In this document: piece by piece, positions 1 through 10,397 of the stretch
How the letters are laid out: every line of letters begins with the position of its first letter
Numbering within the stretch: position 1 is the stretch's first letter
Source: a virus
DNA: 64,000 nt
IMG/VR virus record: IMGVR_UViG_3300027801_002517
Span: 32,001 to 96,000 of that record
Strand: one strand, 5' to 3'
Translations under genes and position numbers: made by a program
Notes under the pieces: generated by a model
What the model saw: the letters and a program-made list of their open reading frames with translations, nothing else
What the model was told of the DNA's origin: nothing
The model's database searches: none

Positions 1-1
1 T

Positions 2-448
2 AATGATTATTTAGGAGAAATAACTTATTCTACACAATTCGATAATAGACCAAGTAATATCATCTCTGGTGTTTTAACTGAAAGTATATCTGTAAACGAT
101 ACTTATCCTGGTGATGTTTTTGCCATCATTCCTGTTCTGGGTAGAAAAACTGGTCCAGTATTACAATATATCGGCGGGAGAACTGAATACACAAGAGATC
201 TTTCAATTAATCTTTTAATGGATTATACAAAGATTCCTTATGGTAGTGGTAGAAATCCACTGTTACTCAAGAAACCAAGTGTCATTGAGCCATCTGCCAC
301 ACAGATAGGTAATTTAATTAAAGAACTGTCTCCTCAAAATGAGCCTGGAATTAGAAAGTATTTCGTTAATCCTCCGTCAGAAAGTTGGGAACCAAAAACT
401 GGATCATATTCTTTCAATCTTACTTGGACATATGAGCTTGATAAATGA
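2..448 (+). CDS. 5'-partial probable virion structural protein
   Basis: The frame of ORF 218..448 stays open back to position 2 (NDYLGEITYSTQFDNRP...). It overlaps the next gene by ATGA and lies in the structural block. Confidence 0.6.
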   Translation, partial: NDYLGEITYSTQFDNRPSNIISGVLTESISVNDTYPGDVFAIIPVLGRKTGPVLQYIGGRTEYTRDLSINLLMDYTKIPYGSGRNPLLLKKPSVIEPSATQIGNLIKELSPQNEPGIRKYFVNPPSESWEPKTGSYSFNLTWTYELDK

Positions 449-849
449 CAAATGAACCTTTAACAGATGAACAAAAAGTTTTGGGTTCTGGACAGGTTTT
501 GCCCTCTGGAGAATCCAACTTTTATGATTATTCCCAAGACCATTCTTACAATGATGGTTCTGGTATTAATGTCAATTTTCCAAGTCCAAGTAATTTTATA
601 GATGCTTCAGGTACAATTAGGACATATGCTCCTAGTGGAAATGTTATAGAGACTTCCGGTATTTTTGCTGCTAATGAATTGAAGACATCTTTTTCTAATT
701 CTATGGATGCGGCATTATCAGGTATCACAGACTTTACTATTTTTAATGATTATATCCATCATACTACAGGTGTAGATAGTGTATCTATACAGATACCATA
801 TCTTTCAGATTATACAATATCTAGCGGTTTTAATCCATACGGAATTTAA
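445..849 (+). CDS. Small Ser-Gly-rich putative virion protein
   Basis: 134 aa, acidic, 8 SG dipeptides, coupled to neighbouring structural genes. Confidence 0.55.
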   Translation: MTNEPLTDEQKVLGSGQVLPSGESNFYDYSQDHSYNDGSGINVNFPSPSNFIDASGTIRTYAPSGNVIETSGIFAANELKTSFSNSMDAALSGITDFTIFNDYIHHTTGVDSVSIQIPYLSDYTISSGFNPYGI

Positions 850-860
850 GGTAGGGAAAA

Positions 861-3800
861 ATGAGTGATTATTCGGTAATACCTCCATCAGCAGTGTATG
901 GCAACGATTGGCCTGATCACCATGTGTTACCACAGGGTAAAGGCGGATCTATTTCCCAAGCTGGATGGACTGAGGAAACACAGGGATTCCCCCAGCAAAC
1001 TTTCTTGGGTGCTTCTATTAGAAGTTTTAATATAAGTGCTGGCTTTGGTGATACTTCATCTCAACTAAGTGTAGATTTAGTTAATGATGAATACAACAAA
1101 TCTGATGGCTTACCGGCTGGTCAAGGAGATGATGTCTACCATAGTGGTTTGCTTGATACATTTAGACCTCCTGTAGTCGGTACTCCTGTGTATTTTAAAT
1201 TTGGTAAAAACTTTGCTACGATAGATCAATCTTACAGAAAAACCTTAGATGATACATATAACGAGAGTACTATTCCATCCGTTATTGATTTTCCCACCGT
1301 GACAACTAATGGTGATATCACACAGATTCCTGGTGATAATTACTTCTTAAGAGATACTACTGGTACTGGTGCCAACACAGTTCATACATGGGTTGATAAA
1401 AGTTCATTGCTTGATGCCACTAATAATTCCCGTGGTAAAGATCATTTTGTGTTTGGGGGTATTTTACAGAGTTATACTCAAACTAAAGGTCCAAATGGTA
1501 ATCCATTATACAGTCTAAATGTAACCGACCCAAGAGAAATTTTATCAAATGCTTCTGTGATCTTGAATAATTACCAAGGAACTACTTTTAATAATAAGAA
1601 CCTATTTAATGTATATGGTTTTCTTGAGTATGATGTTAGTGATGAATTGAAAGAAGAAATTGAAGGTACTGATGTTTTACCAAATACTGATTTAGAGTCT
1701 AAAAATATACTCACAAAAAATGTGGATGCACAAGGTATCATTACATATACGGGCGATGATACATATAGTTTTAATAGTTTACCATTTTCTATCAGTAATC
1801 TTCCTCCTTCATTTCCTATTACTGGTCAGGGGTTTGCTAGACGTGGTGATCAAGGTATTCCTTGGTATAGAGTCGATCAGGCATTAACAGCTTTGTTTGG
1901 ATTTAATGGTGCTTTACCAGATGAGTATGTCAATGCTGGATTTGGAGGAACTATTGATTTTAGGGGTTATAAATATGTAGTTGATTTTACTGGTATTCCA
2001 CTCGAAAAAATACCTCAAATGTATTTTATGGATTTCGATCAGTTGACATTAATGGACTTAGCACAAGAGCTTGCTGATGTTATTAGTCATGATTTATTTG
2101 TTAGTCTGTTGCCCGTCATTGATCATCCAGCATATTCTTGGTTGTATAATCTTAATCAGTATAATATTGATAATGGGAATACTACAGATGTTATTACTGG
2201 AGTTATTCGTATAGATGCTATTGATAGATCCGTTCAGCCAGATTATGGTTCAATTAAGTCTTATATTGATGATCTTGCGGTGAATGGTGTTGAGGTTGAA
2301 AATCAAGATGTTGGTTTTGAATTATCTAATGTGACAACTGACAAGTTTGTTGTCGGTGCAAATGAAGTTGACATGTTCTATTTTACAAATCATAGGGATA
2401 GGAACAATTTACAGCTTAGAAGAAAAAATAATGGACTACCTAATGATTTTGAATTATTAGAGGAAACACAGTGGGATTTAGAAACTTCACTCAAACAACA
2501 AATCCTTCCGTTTTATGGTTTCTTAGGTAAAAGTGCTGTCACTATTCCAAGAGGATTTGGTGCATATCAACAGATATTATTAGACACTTCTAAACTGAAT
2601 GCTTATGGAGTTGGTAATTATTATATTACTACTGAACTTGAATTAAGAAATGCATTAAGCAGTTATCAAGATTGGGCTAAATTTTTAACTGATTATAGTG
2701 AATTGTATATTGAAGATCTCTCTGCCGATCAACAGTTCTATAAAGGTTATGCTGGTGCTGCTTTAGTGAATTTACAAGATGATGCTTCAATGCAGTCATT
2801 ATTAGATAAATACTCAGAGACAAGTGATAGAAACAGATTGGCACTTGAGGCTATAAAGAATGGTAATTATGGTGTTACGGTTCCACGTTGTTTATTCAAT
2901 TCTGATAAAGACTTTATGGGTAACGATGGTTATCCCGCAAGCCCTTGTTCTCCTCCTTATGGATATCCATTGTACTACAAACGTGCAGAGAAAATAGGTA
3001 TCTTTCAAGCCGCATCGGCGGATTTTGGGGCACCATATCTAAAAATACAAAGTAATTATGAAGAACTGAAAAAACGTCTAGCAGACAAATTGGATAATGG
3101 TTCTATAGTTGTCGAAGAAGATGATTTATCTGATGTTCTTGAAGATATTATTTCTGGAACAATGGATGATATTGATATATCTAGTTTATCTGCGGGTTCT
3201 TTAAAATCTCTTTATGGTGAATTTGAAGAAGGACGTAAAATTACTAAAGATTACAAGAATTTTTATCAACTGGTTGGTCAAACTGTTAGAGCTGCTAATG
3301 TATTAACAAGTAATAAAAGTTATATAGCTGCTGTTACAGATATTGGTTTAGATGGTGAAAAGAATGCTAAAAAAGTATATGCTTTTCTAAAACGAATTGC
3401 AGAAGAAAATTTAGGTAAGAAATTTTTAGTGAAAATTCCCAAGGCTTGTAATTTATCTTATGATAGTAAATTTGAATTTGATACAAGTGAAGTTGAGATC
3501 GAAAAAGGTCCATTTGGATTTAAGCCACAGCCGATTAATTTCGACGCTGGTTATTCTTCATCTACTGAATTTAATATAGAGATTAGTGGATTATTAACTC
3601 AAATACAAACAATAGATGTTAATCAAGGAACATCAGCAATGAGTAGTAGGGAATTGTTTAATCATTATTTAGATAAGGATGCTAAGGCAGAATATACATA
3701 TGGTGCATTGAAGAATAATTACAATCCCGTTTCTGAAAAGTGGGAGTTTAATTATCAACCTGCTACTAATGGTGGGTTTTTTAACTTTGCTTTACATAAT

Positions 3801-5720
3801 AGAAATTTATCTTTTACAGAATCTTCTGCTCTTAGTGAATCAGAATTACCTTTGTCAACTCAATTTCTTTTAGCCCCAAAAGATTTAAGCACTATCGTTG
3901 ATTACAATGGTAGAATGAAATGTTATGTTAGATATGACAATAGTCAATTTTTGGATATGAGTACAGTATCTAAAGATAAGATCGTACAGCAGTCACAAGG
4001 GGATAGAGGTTTTATCCCTGATATTATGGAGGAATTAGAAAATACAAATCCTGCTCATGTTAATAAAATTAAAATGAATAGAGAGAAGAATTTGAATGCA
4101 ATAGATACTCCAAAAACTGTTACATTTGTTTCGTGTGATATTGATGCTCAATTGTATATGTGTCCAAAGCCCTCTGGTTCACAAGTTACTGTTTATGGCA
4201 GGAATGTAGAATATGTAGCAAATGAAAGACCATTACAATTTAAAGAGGAATCTTCTGGATGTTATAAACCAGTCATTCAAAATCAATATAGAATATATTC
4301 GCCAAGTACCAATGGTGGTGCTGATGGTCAGGTTGTAGAAAATACAGATTTCCAAAGAACATATAATGAATATTTAGATGCTCATTTAATCGATACTGAA
4401 AAAGAAAATCTTGATCCAGATCATGTATATGCCTTAATTACTATACCTGGTAGAATTAAGCCTATCATAGATTCTAGATACAACGATGCAGAACTTTATG
4501 CTGTCAATGCACCCGTGATTAAACATAATTTGACTCAAGATGTGGTGCGAGGCCCGAAGGGTTTTGAAAAACCAGCACCTGCTGTAAATAGGGATGAATT
4601 TACTTTTGACTGTCCATTAGCATTAAGTGATTTTAACAAATTGGATGAAGCGGGAATAACTAATGCAGAAAAAGCAAAAACACTTTTAAATTGGCAAAAA
4701 CAGGAGTTTAAACAGTTCAATGCCGGTATAAGAGCACAACGAGAAGTTATGAATTCTGCATCTCAAGGGAATGAAGATTTTAATGTAAGCAAGTCACAGC
4801 CTTCACCAGTATATCCAGATTTAGTTGCTATGCCATTACTTTCTAACGAAAGGTGCTATGGACCTTGGATGTCTGCGAGTATTATAGATTCCAATGCTTC
4901 AGTAAGATACTCAAATATAGGTGGTAAAGTAGAATTTGTCAAGGATGAAAATCTTGCTCCTTGGAATTTTGCTGGTTATCAATTAATGAACGAGGCTGGG
5001 TCGTTACAGGCTCAATTTTCTAATAGCCTATTATTGTTTGGTGAAAAGGGTAGTTTCTCTATGCCTGAAGCACCAACTGGATTATCTATTGCTGCAGCAT
5101 TAAAAGCTGGTGGTCCTCTTGTCACTTCTATTAATGTTTCTGTTGGTGATTCAAGTATTCGTACCAGTGTAAATATGGATCTATATACTTCACGGTTTGG
5201 TAAATTACAGAAACAAAAAGAAGAATTAATCGGCAAAATTTCGAGAGAAAGACAAAAAATTATTGATCAGAATAATAGTATGGTTCGTCAAGGAATTGGT
5301 AAATCATTTTCGAATGTTAACTTAGCGGCTCCACTATTACAAACAGGGGAAATTTTAGAGAGGGCTGCGGAAGATATGGATACTGTATTTAATCAATTAA
5401 TGTCGAATCAAACGGTGTCTTTTAAGTCTCGTGTTGATGTTACGTCAGCTAGGGGTATAAATGGTAGTCCAACAACAGTACTGAATCGTGGGCAAAGTGC
5501 TGCGACTGAGGGTGATTCAGATGGAATAAGAACAGAGGCTAATTTATCTTCAGCGGCAAGACATTCACGAAAAGATAAAAGGTTTAATAAACGCCCTGGT
5601 GATGACACAGAAATATTCTCCGCAGATGGGAGGAGTAGTTCTCAATTTATTGATGGTGAAGGAATGGATAATATGGACCTAAATGATGTTAGTGATTTAT
5701 TCGGTGAACAAGTTGTATAG
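861..5720 (+). CDS. Very large putative tail/baseplate structural protein
   Basis: 1619 aa, no enzyme motifs recognised, AGGTAGGG SD-like sequence upstream, structural-block context. Confidence 0.55.
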   Translation: MSDYSVIPPSAVYGNDWPDHHVLPQGKGGSISQAGWTEETQGFPQQTFLGASIRSFNISAGFGDTSSQLSVDLVNDEYNKSDGLPAGQGDDVYHSGLLDTFRPPVVGTPVYFKFGKNFATIDQSYRKTLDDTYNESTIPSVIDFPTVTTNGDITQIPGDNYFLRDTTGTGANTVHTWVDKSSLLDATNNSRGKDHFVFGGILQSYTQTKGPNGNPLYSLNVTDPREILSNASVILNNYQGTTFNNKNLFNVYGFLEYDVSDELKEEIEGTDVLPNTDLESKNILTKNVDAQGIITYTGDDTYSFNSLPFSISNLPPSFPITGQGFARRGDQGIPWYRVDQALTALFGFNGALPDEYVNAGFGGTIDFRGYKYVVDFTGIPLEKIPQMYFMDFDQLTLMDLAQELADVISHDLFVSLLPVIDHPAYSWLYNLNQYNIDNGNTTDVITGVIRIDAIDRSVQPDYGSIKSYIDDLAVNGVEVENQDVGFELSNVTTDKFVVGANEVDMFYFTNHRDRNNLQLRRKNNGLPNDFELLEETQWDLETSLKQQILPFYGFLGKSAVTIPRGFGAYQQILLDTSKLNAYGVGNYYITTELELRNALSSYQDWAKFLTDYSELYIEDLSADQQFYKGYAGAALVNLQDDASMQSLLDKYSETSDRNRLALEAIKNGNYGVTVPRCLFNSDKDFMGNDGYPASPCSPPYGYPLYYKRAEKIGIFQAASADFGAPYLKIQSNYEELKKRLADKLDNGSIVVEEDDLSDVLEDIISGTMDDIDISSLSAGSLKSLYGEFEEGRKITKDYKNFYQLVGQTVRAANVLTSNKSYIAAVTDIGLDGEKNAKKVYAFLKRIAEENLGKKFLVKIPKACNLSYDSKFEFDTSEVEIEKGPFGFKPQPINFDAGYSSSTEFNIEISGLLTQIQTIDVNQGTSAMSSRELFNHYLDKDAKAEYTYGALKNNYNPVSEKWEFNYQPATNGGFFNFALHNRNLSFTESSALSESELPLSTQFLLAPKDLSTIVDYNGRMKCYVRYDNSQFLDMSTVSKDKIVQQSQGDRGFIPDIMEELENTNPAHVNKIKMNREKNLNAIDTPKTVTFVSCDIDAQLYMCPKPSGSQVTVYGRNVEYVANERPLQFKEESSGCYKPVIQNQYRIYSPSTNGGADGQVVENTDFQRTYNEYLDAHLIDTEKENLDPDHVYALITIPGRIKPIIDSRYNDAELYAVNAPVIKHNLTQDVVRGPKGFEKPAPAVNRDEFTFDCPLALSDFNKLDEAGITNAEKAKTLLNWQKQEFKQFNAGIRAQREVMNSASQGNEDFNVSKSQPSPVYPDLVAMPLLSNERCYGPWMSASIIDSNASVRYSNIGGKVEFVKDENLAPWNFAGYQLMNEAGSLQAQFSNSLLLFGEKGSFSMPEAPTGLSIAAALKAGGPLVTSINVSVGDSSIRTSVNMDLYTSRFGKLQKQKEELIGKISRERQKIIDQNNSMVRQGIGKSFSNVNLAAPLLQTGEILERAAEDMDTVFNQLMSNQTVSFKSRVDVTSARGINGSPTTVLNRGQSAATEGDSDGIRTEANLSSAARHSRKDKRFNKRPGDDTEIFSADGRSSSQFIDGEGMDNMDLNDVSDLFGEQVV

Positions 5721-5734
5721 TTAGGATTAATATT

Positions 5735-8700
5735 ATGGCAGATACACATACAATTACAACTACAAATCCCATAATGATCGATATTGGACTTGGGTCTTTT
5801 ACGACGGGTGTCTTGTATAATTGGGTTACTGATGAAAATGGTGCTAATTTAATTAATATTACACCAGATTACTGGGATGCTTTCTTTGACCAGCCCAATG
5901 ATCCTCTCGCTGCGATGCGACATATTCTAACACAAAATGTTCCAGCGGGAAGTGATAATCAGTTTTATATTAAAACCACCAGACCAAAAGATAGGACATT
6001 TGAAAATAAAATCTATACTAATCTCGATGCTGATACTACATATATTTCTAACTGGAAGTATAATGTAAACAATTTAAGCTATTCTTTTAATAGTCTCAGG
6101 ATTGGTGATTTTTCATCTGGTGCTGGAGAATATGCGGATAAGATAACTCCTATCATCCAGATGAGCGAGTGGGTGAATGACAAAAGACATATAAATGAAA
6201 CTACATATCCTGCTCGTGCTGTATTCTTTAGAGATATTCGTCTAAGTAAATCTAAAGGGATTACTTGGACTAACAATGTAGATATTCGTCTACCCGGATC
6301 TGATCAAGTATGTACTATTCCAGTTGAATGGAAACTTGTTTTACAGCAAAAGAAACCTCGTAGAAGTCATGTAGCTGCTACTAAAAATCCAGTTTTTTCT
6401 ATCTCTAATCAAAATTCATTAGGTCAACAATCTGGTGGTAGAGATGACGATGGTCGTCAAATCGGTAGTAAACGAGCTGCTGGTGAATTATCTATGTGGA
6501 GAGATCCTGTTTCTGGTAAAATGCGTGCTGGAAATAAATTGGTTATGGCTGTAATGACTACTGATCTTGCTTCTGCTCCAGCACCTGAAAATGGAGTTGA
6601 AGCTACTCCCAAGGATTCTCAAGATCCCGTCAAAGGGCAAGGGAAAACCTTTGGAAGAGCAAGACCCATTGTTATGAAGGATGGTAATGCTTTTGATTGG
6701 GGTCCAGAATACAAATATAAAAACTCTTGTGGACTTACTACTGATGAAAAAAATGAATTATATGATGTTCAAGTAATAAATGTATTTTCAAATGTTTCCT
6801 TCGTTAAGGGTGAACAGGTAATGTTGACCGATAACGGTGCGGAGGGGGTTTGGCAACCTTTAAAAATAGGTACTACAGATGCCGCTGGAGTTACGCCAGA
6901 GGTCAATGGGTGGGAATTTATGTATTTAGCATCAAATTCAACTCATTATTTTCGCACTGCACCTGTTTTCTCCGTCCTTGGTACACCTGTTGGAGGAGGG
7001 ACTCTCCTTAATTTTTCATCTTATGAAAGTGCTATATATGATTTATATTATGATATCAATAGACATGACAGTATAATTTTAAATGTAGCCGATAGAATAA
7101 TTGCGGTAGGTACAGCAAATGTCGCAGAAAATGGCTATGTACAGTTAACATCTTTTGATTTTATGGGAGATAGTGTTGGGGGTTTAAGAGGTGCTAAACA
7201 CGCATTGTCAAATACTCAATTTGGAGCAAGAGTAGATAAAGAAGAAATACACGCAATTAATGATAGATTACCAGGCAATACAACTTCTCCGTTTTTTGGT
7301 TGTGTATTTCCAGGTGGATATACTGGTGGTGAAAAGTATACAAGTTATAATACCCAGCTTAATACTCCTCTTGTAGCCACAAATTCAAATTACATAAAAA
7401 CTGTTCCTATTGGGGAAACACCATTTAGTGCTGGCAACTCTGCTAGAACTGGTAATAATTTGGAAACACCGGGGGATATGTTTTCGTCATTTACTGATGA
7501 AACACTTAAAAATCTACCAGCAGATATAGCATTAAATGCTAATTCTGCCAGTACAAATGGTGCTCCAATTCCTATATTAACAGAATTACACCACGCAGCA
7601 AAATATAGAGACAATTATTTACCAGCTACCAGTGACAATGGTGGTTCATTTAAAAGCCGTTTTAATACTTTTTTATCTGATGAATCCAAAAGATGGGCGT
7701 GGTTAAAGACCGCAGATGAAACACCTGCTTATGATTTTGTACCTTTAGATAAAACAACTATACAATTTCGCCCATTAAAAGCAGAGGTTTATGCTTCTCT
7801 TGAGGTTAATGGTGTAGCTTTTCCAAATCTATTTGCTAAAGAATTAGGTAGATTTGGTAGTCAAGAGTGGAAATTATTAGATGATAATTTAGGACCAATA
7901 TCAGATGCAGTGTTGACTCGTGCTGGAACTGGTGGAATTATTGGTCCTCATGGGCAAGGTGCTATAGACTCTTTTGCTTATGGAGTTAAAGACGGTCTTC
8001 TTAATTTACCACCAGATTCAACTGATTATCCATTTCCATATTGGGTTTGGACTAATCAAGGTGACTGGTTGACTTTTGACGAACGACCTGCTGGTGCGGT
8101 TGGTGTTATTGGTGCTAAATGTACAGTTACTGCTACTAATGTTATTACATTCCAAACGGAAAATAATTATGGTATGGATGATTATAAATCAGAGGGAACG
8201 ATTACAAATCCAGCCGGTATAAATCATTCATCGTTTCGTAATGGTACTTATTCTGATTTAAATTGTACAGAAATGTTTGTAAGAATATATCACGCACATC
8301 CTCGACATCTAACTATTTACGACCCAAGATACTTCGCCATACATCATTTTGCTGATGGACCAGGAGATACTGTAATTGGGAAAACTTATTATAACGGCTC
8401 CAGTGAAATCGAATACGCCGACACACCAATAGATCTGCTCAATGCCACTTTTGGAGACCCACCCGAAGAGTATACACAAGCCGCTGATGATAATACTATT
8501 GGTTATCCAAATAACTATTATATATCTGACTCACTAACATATGACGGTGGTGTTGATGTTAGAGTGCCCACATTAATTGGGAACCTTGGTGGGGACCAAG
8601 AACTTGGTGTTATACCTAATATAGGCGAAGAGGTCTATTCAGATTCTCCGTATAGAGAATATAATGACTGGCAGGTTCAAGGTGCTCATCGTGGCAATTT

Positions 8701-9517
8701 ATTGCCTTCTATATCTACAGCAAGGACTATTGGTTTAGGGGGTTGGGGAATTGAATATGATGATACTAGTGGCAGTACAGGAGGCACAGGTTATAGTGAA
8801 TCTGATAGATTTACTACGGACGGTGGCAATGGTACTGGTATTCTTCTAAAACCAATTCTTAATAATGGCTCTATTACCACTTTTGAAGTTGTTGATGGAA
8901 AATTAGGTTATAATTTTAGACCTGGTGATTTCTTTTCTGAAGAAATTTTACAGAATGATGAACATAGTTGGGATTCAGCTCAAGTGAAAATTGTTCCAAC
9001 TGGTACTGTGACTGGAAAAGATCTCAAAGCTTATATTGCTTTTGGTATAATCACTGATTCTCCAACTACTATTAATAGACCCGCAGAAGCTTCGAGTTCT
9101 TCATTTACTAAAATAACTGGTAGTGTTCCTACACATCCTTCGTTTAGCCCTATATTTAACCAAATGTATACTGGCACAGATTCAGTACCAGTAGAAATTA
9201 CTAATCCCAGCTCAGACAATAAATATGATGTATTTTTACATTTTCATAATGATATTTCACACACATTTGGGCAAACTATGACTGCAGCTTTTGTACCTAC
9301 TGCTATAGACCAAGTAATTCAACTTAAGATGATACCAGATGGTTCAGCGAGTAGTGCAGCATCCGCTTCTAGCAGTGCCAGTTCAAGTTCAAGTTATGCT
9401 GATAGTAATGCTGCTACAAGTTCTGCTGTCTCTAACATTCGATCTCAAGCATTTCAGAATACTCTAACTGGTGGAAATGCTGGTGTTGTAAGGTCTACTA
9501 GCCTCTTTGGTTTTTAA
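5735..9517 (+). CDS. Large putative tail/baseplate protein with Ser/Ala-rich C-terminus
   Basis: 1260 aa, Gly/Thr/Asn-rich. Contains a GGTGY...GSIT..V..GY segment resembling myovirus baseplate/fibre repeats. AGGA SD upstream. Confidence 0.55.
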   Translation: MADTHTITTTNPIMIDIGLGSFTTGVLYNWVTDENGANLINITPDYWDAFFDQPNDPLAAMRHILTQNVPAGSDNQFYIKTTRPKDRTFENKIYTNLDADTTYISNWKYNVNNLSYSFNSLRIGDFSSGAGEYADKITPIIQMSEWVNDKRHINETTYPARAVFFRDIRLSKSKGITWTNNVDIRLPGSDQVCTIPVEWKLVLQQKKPRRSHVAATKNPVFSISNQNSLGQQSGGRDDDGRQIGSKRAAGELSMWRDPVSGKMRAGNKLVMAVMTTDLASAPAPENGVEATPKDSQDPVKGQGKTFGRARPIVMKDGNAFDWGPEYKYKNSCGLTTDEKNELYDVQVINVFSNVSFVKGEQVMLTDNGAEGVWQPLKIGTTDAAGVTPEVNGWEFMYLASNSTHYFRTAPVFSVLGTPVGGGTLLNFSSYESAIYDLYYDINRHDSIILNVADRIIAVGTANVAENGYVQLTSFDFMGDSVGGLRGAKHALSNTQFGARVDKEEIHAINDRLPGNTTSPFFGCVFPGGYTGGEKYTSYNTQLNTPLVATNSNYIKTVPIGETPFSAGNSARTGNNLETPGDMFSSFTDETLKNLPADIALNANSASTNGAPIPILTELHHAAKYRDNYLPATSDNGGSFKSRFNTFLSDESKRWAWLKTADETPAYDFVPLDKTTIQFRPLKAEVYASLEVNGVAFPNLFAKELGRFGSQEWKLLDDNLGPISDAVLTRAGTGGIIGPHGQGAIDSFAYGVKDGLLNLPPDSTDYPFPYWVWTNQGDWLTFDERPAGAVGVIGAKCTVTATNVITFQTENNYGMDDYKSEGTITNPAGINHSSFRNGTYSDLNCTEMFVRIYHAHPRHLTIYDPRYFAIHHFADGPGDTVIGKTYYNGSSEIEYADTPIDLLNATFGDPPEEYTQAADDNTIGYPNNYYISDSLTYDGGVDVRVPTLIGNLGGDQELGVIPNIGEEVYSDSPYREYNDWQVQGAHRGNLLPSISTARTIGLGGWGIEYDDTSGSTGGTGYSESDRFTTDGGNGTGILLKPILNNGSITTFEVVDGKLGYNFRPGDFFSEEILQNDEHSWDSAQVKIVPTGTVTGKDLKAYIAFGIITDSPTTINRPAEASSSSFTKITGSVPTHPSFSPIFNQMYTGTDSVPVEITNPSSDNKYDVFLHFHNDISHTFGQTMTAAFVPTAIDQVIQLKMIPDGSASSAASASSSASSSSSYADSNAATSSAVSNIRSQAFQNTLTGGNAGVVRSTSLFGF
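9344..9433 (+). repeat. Low-complexity Ser/Ala coding tract
   Basis: Encodes SASSAASASSSASSSSSYADSNAATSSAVS. Confidence 0.8.
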
Positions 9518-9537
9518 ATTAATAAATAACATTTTCC

Positions 9538-9556
9538 GTGTATAATACAATATAAT
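9538..9556 (+). promoter_or_regulatory. Putative late promoter, GTGTATAATA plus a second TATAAT
   Basis: GTGTATAATA at 9538-9547 and TATAAT at 9551-9556 in the intergenic gap, then AGGAG SD. The identical 10-mer occurs at 60547-60556 (-). Confidence 0.6.
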
Positions 9557-9579
9557 GACCTTCTTTTAGGAGAATTTAA

Positions 9580-10320
9580 ATGGCAGCTATTACATTTCAT
9601 ATAAATAACTTTGAAGCGGCAGCAAATCAGACTACTGAAGCTACATTGATTCGACATGACCTTGGTTCAGGTCTTGGTTTCTATGGTGGTGGATTTGGTA
9701 TTTCCGTGCCTGTTGCTGGCTATCAAGATACAACTTTCGTCACCAGTGCTGATGGTACTACTCAGGCGGTTCAGACGCAGAATACAAAATATGTTTCAGA
9801 AAGTGGCTTATCTTTCAATAGTGCTGGTTCTGCTGGTACATCTGGTATTCCTAACTTTAAAGCACCACTCAATATTAGATTTACTCATGATTCTGCTGTT
9901 AGTGTTCAGAATTGTAAATTGAGAATTTTTGATAGAAGTGATATTGGAACTCATGCTACTGAGGTTACTACTAAAGCTTATGAATTGAGACATCCTAATC
10001 CTCTTGATGGACATAGTGCTGATAAAGGACATTTAGCACATCGTGGTTCAGCTAATCACGGCTGGACAGAATATGACCCTACAGAAGGTGGCACTCCACC
10101 CGATTTGACTTTAACAGCATCTCCTGGTACAAGTGGATTAAATACTACAGCGGGTGATGTACTACCTACAGGTGATGGGTCTTATTTCAATCATCTGACT
10201 AAAGAAGGTGCAGCCCACCAAGCTACAAGGCACGATTGGTATTTAGCATTATCTGCTTCTCCAACTACCATTGGTAGTAAAACAAACTATGGATTATACT
10301 TCACTTTAGAGTATATTTAA
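9580..10320 (+). CDS. Putative virion structural protein
   Basis: 246 aa, Gly/Ala/Thr/Ser-rich, strong SD, own promoter and terminator. Confidence 0.55.
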   Translation: MAAITFHINNFEAAANQTTEATLIRHDLGSGLGFYGGGFGISVPVAGYQDTTFVTSADGTTQAVQTQNTKYVSESGLSFNSAGSAGTSGIPNFKAPLNIRFTHDSAVSVQNCKLRIFDRSDIGTHATEVTTKAYELRHPNPLDGHSADKGHLAHRGSANHGWTEYDPTEGGTPPDLTLTASPGTSGLNTTAGDVLPTGDGSYFNHLTKEGAAHQATRHDWYLALSASPTTIGSKTNYGLYFTLEYI

Positions 10321-10359
10321 GCCGTCACCATTATTTCTTATTATTCGACGGTCATTATT

Positions 10360-10392
10360 AAACCCCCGCCCATGAGGACGGGGGTTTTTTAT
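10360..10392. terminator. Intrinsic terminator at the convergent strand switch, probably bidirectional
   Basis: AAACCCCCG-c-CC-atga-GG-a-CGGGGGTTTTTT hairpin with T tract between convergent genes. Confidence 0.85.
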
Positions 10393-10397
10393 TTGGT

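Noticed and set aside
10321-10352. Second hairpin CCGTC...GACGG after the 9580..10320 gene
   Set aside because: Short stem with a ~20-nt loop; the adjacent 10360-10392 hairpin already accounts for termination.
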